This document shows, one piece after another, positions 1-10,568 of a stretch of 20,000 nucleotides of DNA (position 1 is the stretch's first letter; every line of letters begins with the position of its first letter). Source of the DNA: Moniliella sp. 'wahieum' (taxonomy: Eukaryota); contig RSEE01000018.1 of assembly GCA_003971905.1 (NCBI GenBank), positions 791,419-811,418 of the forward strand, written 5' to 3'. A program made the translations under genes and the position numbers. A model generated the notes under the pieces. It was not told the DNA's origin, did no database searches, and was given only the letters and a program-made list of their open reading frames with translations.

Positions 1-1
1 G

Positions 2-61
2 GAGGCCAAGGAGGGCGCGACGAAGCGTGCGAAGGCCGTGGCGGCCAAGGACGACGAGTAG
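2..61 (+). CDS. 3' end of an unidentified protein-coding gene (partial, ...EAKEGATKRAKAVAAKDDE*)
   Basis: Frame starting at 2 is open with mostly G/C-ending codons to TAG at 59-61, followed by a T-richer 3'UTR-like stretch. Product not recognised. Confidence 0.6.
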   Translation, partial: EAKEGATKRAKAVAAKDDE

Positions 62-240
62 ATGGGCCTTCTGCTGTCGTGTTGTACATTCCTTTTGTTT
101 CATTCTCGCCCACACAAAACATACGAATCAATAGCGGCCGCGTGTGGGGGTGCTGGACAGAAGATACGGCACGTACGTGGTAGTTTGACGTGTGAGCATG
201 TGAGAGATCTGAGAGTCCGCGGGCGCAGCGGCACAGCGCG

Positions 241-253
241 GCTGACATAATCC
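241..253 (+). promoter_or_regulatory. Putative cis-element GCTGACATAATCC
   Basis: The same 13-mer recurs as a reverse complement at 3782-3794, upstream of OST1. Core resembles a bZIP/CRE site. Confidence 0.45.
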
Positions 254-295
254 GCCGGTTCGGAGCGAGCGGCAGGCTCGGCGGCCCACAGCGCA

Positions 296-2539
296 ATGTT
301 GGTTTGGGTGCTCACATGTCCACCTGACCGCCTCCTCCCCCCGTTGCGCTCCCGCCGCATCGCCCCCGATGGCGCCTGGAGCAGCTCGGCTGGCGGCCCA
401 GTGGGCCACACGCTGCTTGTCGCCGCTGGCGCTCCGTCCTCCTCGTGTCCCTCTGCCTCGCCATCACCACCATCGCCCTCCGCGGCGCCCACTACAGCGA
501 GTGGCGCGAGATAGCCTACTACCGCGTCGACCCCTTCCCCGTCCTGCCCCACCGCCTCAGCACCCACTCCGACGCCGCCTCCCCCCACGGCGCCCCCGCC
601 TCCGCCCCTGTCCGCCCGCCCTCCGCGGCGGCCCCACCTGCCCCGGCCCCCACGGCCGCCGCATCCGCGCGCCCCGCTTGCGCTCCACCCGACCCCCGAC
701 ACCCATCCCATCGCCCTTGTCGGCGACGGTGACGCCATCGGCATCGATTCCTCCCACTGCCTTACCTACCGCTCTCGCTATACCATGTACACGGACGACG
801 CCCTGGGCATCACCTACCGCGTGCCATCATCGATGGCGAGCTGCAGCGCATGCGCGATCGCGCCAAAGCTCACGCCGCGCGTGCCAGTGCCAGTATCTCC
901 TCTACCTCGGTGCCTATCCCCCTGCGACTGGAGTGCCTGCGTTCGGGCACGGGCCATGATACTGGGACCCCCATGATGCCGATCCAGGAAGAGGAGGAGA
1001 TTCCGCCCCAGCTCGACTCGTCCGATCCCGATTACATCGACCCCCTGCTCGGCCGTACCAAGCCCAAAGGGATTCCCAATGGGAGTGGGAAGACAAGCTG
1101 AGGAGAGACGTGTGGGAGGCCAACCAGGCGGCGGACCTGTTGGGTCCAGCTTCCTTCCCTGACTGGCGTGCGCTCTCGACGCTTGTCATGCTCGCCGGCA
1201 GGACGAACGGGGCGGGGAGACGGATCCCTTTGTCCCGGGCAGCACGGCGGACGATGTCAAGGCCAAGTACACCACACCGGAAACCAAGCGTTCTGTCATT
1301 GTGCTTCGTGCGTACGAAGGTTACGTATGGCGAGAAGATGACATTCTCAATATGCGTGCGATCATTACCGAGTTGGGGCTCAACAACCCTTACACGCCGT
1401 ACGATGTGCGTATTCTGGTCGAAGTCAAAAGCCCGCACTTGGCGCCCTTTACATCGGAATGGGACCGCCATCAAGTCTTGAGCGGATCAGTTCCCGTGAA
1501 TTTTGGGGTTTGGTCGAACTCTGGACCGAAACCGAGTTGTGTGTGCCCTGTACCTGGCTTGCCAGGCAAGTTCAAGAACCGTATGATTGCCCAGGCGTCG
1601 TACCGCTCCTGTCTGATGGCCGTGCAAAAGTTGTGGCTCGACCACCAAGAGTACGATTTTGTGTGGAACTGGGAAATGGACGTGCGCTACATTGGCAACT
1701 ACCTCGACTTTATGGAAGGTGTCGAAGCCTATGGTCGACGCGAACCGTTGCACAAGGGCATGGACAAGTACAAAACTTGGTTTGTGCGCAACGTGACGGA
1801 AAGCGAGAAAATTGGAAGGACAATCTCACGTTGACAGAAGGTCGGGGCGAAGAGGCGGACTTGTTGACTTGGCACCGATTTTCGACCCAATTGGTTCGGG
1901 CTGGTTTTGGGAATATGACATTCAAAATTACCCGCTGGGCGAAGCCACGCCCCGTCGCGCTTCGATCGGGACCAACATGCGCATGTCGCGCGCTTTGATG
2001 GAGGCTATGAACGTGGTCAATGCCGAGGCTAAGAAAAGTGCTCATTGCGAAGCTTGGCCTACTACACTTACCCTCCATTCCCAATTGCCCATCAGCGACA
2101 TACACAGTTTCGGTCCCAACTCGGGATACACTTACAACCTCCCATCCCGTTCAAAGGCGTCTTTGCTCCTGTGCCCATCTTCTTCCGTCACTTTTGGAAC
2201 CGCACGTCTCGCATCCAAGATCAATAGGAAAACCATCTACAACAAGGCAGAGGAACGCTTGTTGCGCGATACAAGTCATTAGTACGTTCCTCTTCCCTCT
2301 TCCTTACCTTACCTCCCCCTCCCCCCCCCTTCTGCCCTTGTTCTTTCCTTTGTTTCTTTTCTTCCCGTTCCTTTCCCCCGTTGTTCGATACACCCACTGA
2401 CCCCGTTTTGAATCTGCTTAGCTACGATGGAGCTCACTCGCGCGAAATTTACATGGGCTGGCGCAACTCGGCGCGCGTAGGTGCAGCCGAGGTGTGTCGG
2501 ACGCCCATGTTCCTCCACCCGATCAAGCGGATCGAGTAA
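296..2539 (+). CDS. DUF3405-family fungal type II membrane protein (putative glycosyltransferase-like), frameshifted in the assembly; start uncertain
   Basis: N-terminal TM segment RRWRSVLLVSLCLAITTIAL (from 421), then a Pro/Ala-rich stem. Family motifs: VLRAYEGYVWREDDILNMRAIITEL, EYDFVWNWEMDVRYIGNY, PIFDP..GWFW, PRRASIGTNMRMSR, EAWPTTLTLH. After intron 2282-2421 it reads CRTPMFLHPIKRIE* (TAA 2537-2539). Confidence 0.85.
2282..2421 (+). other. Spliceosomal intron in the DUF3405 gene
   Basis: GTACGT donor, long pyrimidine tract, CTGAC branch site near 2397 and TAG acceptor. Splicing gives RDTSHYYDGAH in frame. Confidence 0.85.
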
Positions 2540-2702
2540 TTCCGTCCCCTCGACTCATCTTGTTGCTTCGTTGTGCTGTGTCTTCGTTGTGCTTTGTAGG
2601 GCCTGGTGGGGCTCTGTCGACGTTGATGCCCTTGATCGTTGAGTTGATGACGTTGATACTATCGTTTTTTTTTCAGCCTAGGACTTCAATAACCCTTAAA
2701 CC

Positions 2703-2808
2703 GTACTCAGTACTCAATACTCAGTCTGAGTACTCACCGCTTTCGTTGCGAACAAATCAATTGCCTATCGACCGTTTGTTTTGTTGTTTTGTGTTGTTTT
2801 GTTGTTTG
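2703..2808. repeat. Short tandem repeats: four TACTCA units and a (TTGTT)n tract
   Basis: gtactcagtactcaatactcagtctgagtactca at 2703-2736; gtttgttttgttgttttgtgttgttttgttgtttg at about 2774-2808. Confidence 0.75.
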
Positions 2809-3781
2809 GTGGCGGTTTGAGTTGCGCGCGCTTAGCTAGCTTGACCCTGGAAGCTTCGTGGCTTGATAGCTGCTATTCGGGCCACACTCAGTTACGTCAA
2901 GGAAGTGGAGGTGGCTGTGCAAAAAACGACTTAATCTCGCCCCGTGACAAAAGGGTCAGGCTGTTTCTCTCCTTCTCCTCTCCTCCCCCTCGTTCTTCTT
3001 CTGATCCTCTAACCCGATTAGTTAGTATGTTCTCCCTGAGGCCTGAGCCACAGATCGGGACGGACCAATGGGACTTGCCTCTATAACGTTCGCTGTCAGT
3101 CACAGCAGTCTCCGTGCCGCGATGGTTATCTTCCCCTTCCTATACACTCCTTGTTCCCAAGAGTGCGAAATGACGGTGCCTGGATTTTAGCGCACAATCT
3201 GGTGAATGTCCAACTATCTCCCGTGCGACTCATCACTTTGTTTTGTTCAGCTCCCAAGCATCCGACTTGCTCGCCGTCTTTTCGTGACATAATATCCTCT
3301 CGAGCCCTAATATGAACCCCCCTATTCAGTGGGTGGAGTGATGGCAAATGTGAGTGGTGTCGGGAGGTGTGAGGGCGGAGACAACTTAACCATCTCAAAA
3401 GCGACACAAAAGTCAGAAGGCATGGATCATGCATGCGTCATTGACACGCTTACTCTTTTTGGAGCAACGAACCATCCATGAACTTTTGGAGCCCATCAGA
3501 AGTTGTATACTCTCTCCCTCATCTCCATCAAATATCATGGAAAAGGCGTAGTGATGTCGTGTTAGCTGGCACATTTGAGTAAGGGCAGATGAGAGACGGA
3601 TGGGGGTAGTAGACCGTTCATGGGCAGGCAAGCACTTGTGTGCGTGTGGGTTATCTGTTGCACTCCTGGGTCTTCTCACTATAATACACTCTCTTCAGCA
3701 ATCTCACTTGTCGCGGGAAAAAAAGGCGCCAAAGAGACAGATGAGCAGTGAAACATTGAAACCGCTGGCGCTGTCCTGTCT

Positions 3782-3794
3782 GGATTATGTCAGC
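3782..3794 (-). promoter_or_regulatory. Putative cis-element GCTGACATAATCC upstream of OST1
   Basis: ggattatgtcagc on +, the exact reverse complement of 241-253. Confidence 0.45.
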
Positions 3795-3931
3795 ACACAC
3801 GAAGCAGTGCAACGTGGAAGGCTCAGTGAGCTCACATGCGCTCCACGCTTGAGCTTGGCCGGCGACACCGCTCCGCCCTTCTCCGCCTCACCGCCCACGA
3901 GCCATCTGGACGTCTGCGTGTCCACCGTCCG

Positions 3932-5550
3932 ATGCTTGCCAGAACACTGCTGCTCGCATCTGCTGCTGCTGCCGCCATCCAATCGGTGGCTGCTGCTACC
4001 GCTTATGAGGTCAAGAACGTCGTCCGTTCCATCGAGCTGGCCGGGGGCGTTTCGTCCATCTCGACCGCCTACACCCTGGCTGCGCTTCCGGATCACCTTT
4101 CCGAGCCCTTTTATCTCGCCTTCTCCCATGACGAGTGGGAGGCGTTGAGCGATTTGGTCTAGTTATCGACAGCCCCAAGTCACTCCGCGGCAACTCTCTG
4201 GCTTACGCGGATGCTGGTCCGATGCCTCCGATAATTCGACTCATTTGCTCGCTGTTGACCTTAGCCCCGTGCCTGTGTCTGACGACGATGTCGCCTTCAC
4301 TTTCAAAGGCACATTCACTCATTTGACATTCCCTCTCCCACCCACTGCTCCCCAAAACGGGCAGCAGTATCTTGCCTGGAAAGGGGACGCTGGAATCCGC
4401 TCGGTCTACCCGGTGCGCAAGGGCAAGACCAAGGTCACGTACGTTTTCTTAACCCTCCCCTTCTTGCTAGCGCTATCTGACCTTTTTCTTTATGTATGCA
4501 TGTAGTGTTGCCTCCTCTACCAACATTCCCGACTACTCTCCTCGCGCTACCGCGACCAGCTGGGCAACAAGGTCACGTATGGCCCTTACAACATTCCCTC
4601 GTTCCGCGATGAGGCGGTGGAACAAGGACTGGTGCGGTACGAGCACCCATGCCGGTGCAGCGCTGTTTCCGTTGAGCGAGTGGCAGAGGTGTCGCACTGG
4701 GCTGGTAACTTGGCCATCGAGGACCGGGCGTGGGTGCGCAACGACGGTCCTGTGCTGGAGGGACACTTTGGACGCATTGACTACCAATCCGCTGCATTCA
4801 GCCGCCACGTTTGCCCGCCACGTTGGTTCGGATGCGCATCCCGTTGCCGCCAGGTGCAAAGGATGCGTATGTGGTGGATGCAATTGGAAACGTGTCCACT
4901 TCTCGTTTTGCCCCAGTTCCGCCCAACCCCAAGCTCATCACTCGTCCCGTCCAATCCCTCAACCCGTCCCAGGCTAGTGTACTGGACTTGCAGCCGCGCT
5001 ACCCTCTCCTAGGCGGTTGGAACTACACGTTCTCCTATGGCTTCAACCTTGATCTTGCCACGGGGGGGTGGGGCAAGGTCCTAGATGCTGGAAAGTTTAG
5101 CGTCGCAGTCCCCTTCCTGACTCCCCTCGACGGCGGGACAGTTTACGATGAGGTCACTCTCAAGGTCGTCCTCCCAGAGGGCGCTAGTGACGTTGAAGTT
5201 TTTGCCCCCTTTGCTGTGGACGAACAGGAGGCAACCGTGACAAGACCTACCTCGACACGACAGACGCAAAACTGTAGTGCTCAAGAAGAAGAACTGCACT
5301 GAGAACCACTCGCAATTGGTTTATGTACGTGCCTTGTCCCGGTGCCATGCCATATTAGTTCGTTCTCTCACTGACGTGGACTGTGTGCCCATTTGTTTCT
5401 TTTCCTCAGGTGCAATACACGCTCTCGTCATTCGCCACCATGCAAAAGCCGCTGGCGGTGGCGTCTGTGGTGATGTCGATTTTGGTTGTTGCTGCACTTC
5501 TGCGGCGCTTCGACCTGCGCATCAAGACGCCCAAGCCCAAGACCGCCTAA
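3932..5550 (+). CDS. OST1: Oligosaccharyltransferase subunit 1 (ribophorin I), frameshifted in the assembly
   Basis: Signal peptide MLARTLLLASAAAAA; YEVKNVVRSIEL; VERVAEVSHWAGNLAIED; LPPGAKDAYVVDAIGNVSTSRF; LQPRYPLLGGWNYTFSYGFN; VVLPEGASDV; C-terminal TM KPLAVASVVMSILVVAALLRRFDLRIK; TAA 5548-5550. Introns at 4439-4505 and 5325-5409. Confidence 0.93.
4439..4505 (+). other. Intron 1 of OST1
   Basis: GTACGT donor, CTGAC branch site, TAG acceptor. Confidence 0.8.
5325..5409 (+). other. Intron 2 of OST1
   Basis: GTACGT...CTGAC...TTTTCCTCAG; splicing joins SQLVY to VQYTLSS. Confidence 0.85.
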
Positions 5551-5954
5551 GTGTTGAGAAGTGGACGATGCTTGATCTTCCCTCCCATCTTCTGCACCTT
5601 GCACGCACCCATAGCTACTGGAATCCATGCAGGCCCTGTAGAGGTAGCAACCAAGTTGACCAATCATGTCCGGGATGGGGGGGTTGTAGCTTGAGTGAGG
5701 TTCGGCCGCATGGCCCAGGTACAGATCCGTGCACAATCACACTGTCCGCCTAGGCAGGACGGAGGGCATGGCGCGGGCGGAGTTTGGCGGAATGAGGCTG
5801 GAATTTTGGCCCAGCCGCTCGCCCGCAGGACATTCGTTTCAATAATTCCAATCGATATGCAACCCCGACGGGTCGCTTGTGCTGCTTCTGCTTTTTTCTC
5901 TGGGCCGCTTGCGGATGCGCGTGCTTGCCTTTGTCCGCCATACCCCATCCCACC

Positions 5955-7664
5955 ATGGTTCTCGTGCTCTTTGAGACGGCGGGTGCGTCTCCGCTCTCGT
6001 TCTTTTCCTTGCCTCCCTTCGTGCTGACTTCCCTCCCTCGTTGGCACCCAGTGGGCTTTTGCTTGTTCCAGCTCGCCTCGCCCACGTCTGCCATCAAGAA
6101 CGGTGACCTGGCCAAGAAGTTCAAGTCGGCCGAGGATGTTGCCAGCCTGATTAAGCTCCAGGCCATCCACCGCTTTACCTCCACCGCCGAGGCCGTCCAG
6201 GACGCTTCTGACATTTGCGACGGAAAGGTGCCCAAGTCGCTCAAGAAATTCCTCTCGGCCGAAATCAAGGATAAGGCGGCCAAGGGCGGGCCAGAGCAGC
6301 TGGTTGTGATTGACCCCAAGCTGGGCGGGGCAATTAGCAAAAAAGTAGGGATCGATGTCTACTCGGATTCGTCGGTTATGGACCTGTACCGTGGAATTCG
6401 CGACACCTCGCCAATCTTCTTTCGGCTTCGGGCGCAGCAGATGGATCGGGCACCGTCGACGCTCGCGATATCTCAACCATGGCCTTGGGCTTGTCGCACA
6501 GCCTGTCGCGGTATAGCAAGTTCAGCCCCGACAAGGTGGATACGATGATTGTTCAAGCCATTGGTTTGCTGGACGACCTAGACAAGGAAGTCAACATTTA
6601 CGCATGCGCGTCAAGGAGTGGTACGGCTGGCACTTCCCGAGATGGGCAAGATCGTCAACGACAATGTGGCCTACGCCAAGTCGATCCGTGCCATGGGCTT
6701 CCGCACCAACGCTCACTCTACTGACTTTTCCGACATCTTGCCCACTGAAATCGAGGAGACGCTCAAGGCCGCCGCGGAAATCTCAATGGGAACTGAGATC
6801 TCTGACTCGGACCTGGCTCACATCCAAGAACTGGCCGAGCAGGTCATCAATATCTCAGCCTACCGCGCCCAGTTGTACAGTTATCTCCAACACGCATGTC
6901 GCACATTGCCCCCAACCTCACTGCGTTGGTCGGCGAGTTGGTCGGAGCGCGGTTAATTTCCCACGCGGGTTCTTGATGAACCTGGCCAAGGCCCGCCTCG
7001 ACGATTCAGATCCTGGGTGCGGAAAGGCGCTCTTCCGCGCACTCAAGACCAAACACGACACGCCCAAGTATGGCCTGCTGTACCACGCATCTCTGGTGGG
7101 CCAAGCACCCAACAAGTTGAAGGGTAAGATGGCGCGTATGGTCGCCACCAAGACTGCACTCTCGGTGCGTCTTGATGCGCTGGCTGATGACCAGACCGAC
7201 GAGGCTCATGCCACCTCGACCGGAAACGATAATACTGGCCACGCTTCCATTGGTATTGAAGCCCGCAATGTTCTGGAGCACCGACTCCACGCGCTCGAGT
7301 CGGGAAACTTCTCAGGTGCACTCAAGAAGGACCGCTCCTTTGGTGCGGCCAAGCAGAATGCGTTCCAACCGGAACTTGCGTCTGCACCACGGACGTACAA
7401 TGCTGCTGTGGATGCCCCCGTCACCGCCAAGGTGAGGAAGAGGAACCGAAACTTTCTAAGGAGGAGCGCAAGGCCGCCAAGAAGGCTGCTAAGAAAGCGG
7501 CTAAGGAAGGGGATGTGTCCATGGCTACATCCGAGGCGGATGAGAGCAAGAAGTTGTCCAAGGAAGAGCGCAAGGCGGCCAAGAAGGCCAAGAAACGCGT
7601 GGCTGAAGAGAATGGGGACGAAAGTAAGGTTGAAAAGAAGAAGAGGAGCAAGCATAGCGATTAA
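5955..7664 (+). CDS. NOP58: Box C/D snoRNP core protein Nop58, frameshifted in the assembly
   Basis: [101 protein letters not shown] (Nop58-type rather than Nop56). Lys/Glu-rich tail ends KKKRSKHSD* (TAA 7662-7664). Confidence 0.95.
5983..6051 (+). other. Intron of NOP58 (69 nt)
   Basis: GTGCGT...GCTGAC...CCCAG; removal restores the conserved LFETAVGFCLF. Confidence 0.85.
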
Positions 7665-8096
7665 GTCGTCTCCATGCCAAGGCAAGGCTGCATACCTCGT
7701 TCCATTCCTCTGTTGGACACCCGGTGGGCGTGCCGTCGCAACTTTTCTCCTACCCAGCTATTGTGGACCCGCCTCTACGTGCTTCCTGCGTGGTGGGCAG
7801 ACCTAGGAGCGGCGTGTGTGCAGCCACTAGTCTGTGTAATTGTAATATCTAGCTCATGGCGCCAACAACACCTAACCTCGCACATAGAGCTGGCATACCG
7901 ATGCCATACCTCATCGAGATGATATTCCTTCCGTGCCTTTTTGTCCAAAATGCTACTCCACCCCAAGGCACTCAAGGCCAGCAGGTCTGCTTGCAGCATA
8001 CCAGGGCGATGAAGCACTTATCACCATGCACCAACCATACATAGAGGCAACGAGCACGAAAGCAGCAGCCAGGCAACCCCGCTCAACGGGGTTAGT

Positions 8097-9902
8097 TTAG
8101 CTCAGCTCGACGTTTTGCTTGGCCGAGTCGGCGTCGACCAATTTACCCGGGTTCATGATGTTGTTGGGGTCGATCTGGTTCATCAGCGTCCGGTACAAAT
8201 CCACCGTATCCACACCCAGCTCATTCTCAATAAACTGTTTTTGCCAATCCCGACCCCATGCTCGCCCGTCGCGGTGCCATGGAGGTCTTGGGCGTGATGA
8301 ATCATACGGTGAACCACTTCCTTCACCTTGGCCACGTAACCAAGTCGCGCTCGCGATAGATAAGAAGAGAGTGCTGCGCAGGAAAAATACGAGTAGTCCT
8401 CCCCTCCTCGTCCCACCACAGTGTGGAAGGCGAACACAAAAACGTACAAAGTTGCCATCGCCAACGTGGCCCAAGATGGGGCCGTACAAGTTTTGTTCTT
8501 GGATGTCCGCCGTGACACGTTTGACCAGCGCTGGCAGCTGGCCAACCGGCACACATACGTCGGTCACCCACGCACGCCAACACCGAATTTTTCCTCGGCT
8601 CGTCCGACTCGGCTCGGTGGGTTTGGGGTACGATAACGCGGACCAAAAAGCCACTTTTCGCGCCCGCCAAAGACGATCGATTTCCTTTTGATTGTCGCCG
8701 TATTGAATGTGCGCCGCACCATGCTGCTGCAGAATCGTCTCGGCCAACTCATAATCCGCCGCAAGATGCTTAGGCGTAGCACCAGACAGTTTTAGGAATA
8801 TCGTAGGTACCTCCCCCCCGGCATGGAGGGCGTGTCGGGATCGTCTTGCGCCGCACGATTCACAGCTCCAATCATTGCCCCGTCCATGAGCTCTACACAT
8901 TGCGGCTGCATCCCTGTCCGAAGAAATCGCCCCGGACGCTGCGACCGCATCGTCAACCGTAGGAATGTGGCTACTACCACCGCATTGGGAAGTTTGGGCA
9001 CCAGGCGAAGCGTGATGGCTACAATCACCCCTAGCGTCGCTCTGAACCGAGAAAGAGCTTGGTCAGGTCCGGTCCGACTGAGGACTTGCGTGCACGAGAA
9101 CGCGTAGTAACCACCTTGCCCGAAGGCAAAACAACAGTCACATTCAATACGTAGTCCCCCTTCATCGTCCCGTACCGCACCGCATTCGTACCGCTGCACC
9201 CGGTCGATGCCATACCACCAATACTGGCGGTAGGACCTGGGTCGATGGGGAAGAAGAGTCCAGTCCCACGCCGCTCCAACTCAGCATTCAGTTCTTCCAT
9301 CCCAGTCCAGGCTGGACCGTCACGTCCCCATCTTCCTCCGAAAGACGAAGGATGGACTTCATCCGACTAAAGTCGAGACTGATGCTGCGTCGGCCATCGA
9401 GATCCGTATCCGTGCCTGCTGTGTGACCCTCGAGGGAAGTGCCACCACCAAAGGGAACAATAGGCACACTGTGCTCTTGACACGCCTGCACAATCGTCAC
9501 CACATCTTCGGTCGATTGGGAACACGACAGCGGCATGCGCACGCGTAGCAAGTGCGACCAAGGTGATGCTCCATGCAGCTCCGTCTCGGTCTCGTCAAAT
9601 GTGATCTGACCCGGCTTTAACGCTGCTGGATCTTGGCCAACGCCGCTTGCACATCGTGATGCGCATGGGCTGGGTTGCTACCCACGCCGGCCTCAGCCTC
9701 ACTGGGACAGAACTTTCGCTGCCAGCTAGCGAGTCAAGGCCACACCAGAAACAAGGGCTGTGAGAACCGCGGCACGAACCTGCTGGGCGCGGAGTAGGAC
9801 GCGGACGGGGTGTGCTCGAGGCGCAACGGACGGGGCGGGGAGACGAGCGGCGACCGGGAAAGTAGGTCTTGTGCCGGGTCGGAGAGCAAGGCGGACACGC
9901 AT
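8097..9902 (-). CDS. DLD1: FAD-linked D-lactate dehydrogenase (cytochrome), mitochondrial, Dld1-like; frameshifted in the assembly
   Basis: Arg-rich presequence [13 protein letters not shown] from ATG 9902; [63 protein letters not shown] across intron 8374-8447; [21 protein letters not shown] 8097-8099. Confidence 0.9.
8374..8447 (-). other. Intron of the D-lactate dehydrogenase gene
   Basis: Minus strand GTACGT...TTTTCCTGCGCAG; splicing restores GDGNFH. Confidence 0.85.
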
Positions 9903-10197
9903 TGTGCCGGGTGGAGGGCGAGGGAGGTGGTGTAGGAAGTTACTCCGTACCAGCCTCAGTTCTGAGCCAAACTCGCAGCCTCAATCTTCAAGCTTCAATC
10001 TTCCCGCCCCCCTGGCCAGCACGGCGCCAGTGTTCGGACGATCGGCCTCGGTCGATCTATTGATAAAGGGGCCCTGGGCGGAATATAACCTTCGATCATC
10101 GATCATCCATCATTAATCAGTGCCCGCACCCCACAATTACGCCACGCCCACGCCCACCTCACCATCACCACCACCGTCAGCCCAGCAACTCCACTCC

Positions 10198-10233
10198 TGA
10201 GAGCTTGAGAGCTTGAGAGCTTGAGAGCTTGAG
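10198..10233. repeat. 8-bp tandem repeat (TGAGAGCT), about 4.5 copies
   Basis: tgagagcttgagagcttgagagcttgagagcttgag. Confidence 0.9.
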
Positions 10234-10568
10234 GCCTGAGATCTGGTGCACTGGTGCCGATGGGTTCCGACAGAGAAGGCAAGAGATGTGCCACATGGCC
10301 ATAGTCGCCGGCTCGTGTTCAACCGTTCATGCTACTCGAGAATCATTAATCATTCCATTAGCCCGTGGGGCCCAGGGGTGTTAAACGTTAAGGCCTAATA
10401 TAAGGTGCCATCGATGCATCGATCTTCACGCACGCCTTGCACGCTAGGTCGACCATGTGCACCCCAATGCACGAGGAACTTATGGTTAATGGTTACTGAG
10501 CCCACTGTCCGTCATCGCCGCCCCTCCGCCCCCTCTGCATTGGACCTTGCCAATCATATATCCTACCT

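Noticed and set aside
100..959. Long Arg/Gly/Pro-rich ORFs on both strands (also at 14028-15540)
   Set aside because: Shadow ORFs caused by extreme GC content, lying antisense or off-frame to real genes.
3390..3570. Minus-strand splice-like signals (GCTAAC, GTAAGC, CTGAC) suggesting a small hidden gene
   Set aside because: No proper YAG after the GCTAAC and no recognisable protein in any frame.
10198..10233. Short repeat arrays as CRISPR-like or telomeric sequence
   Set aside because: No spacers, eukaryotic context, and the units are not TTAGGG-like.
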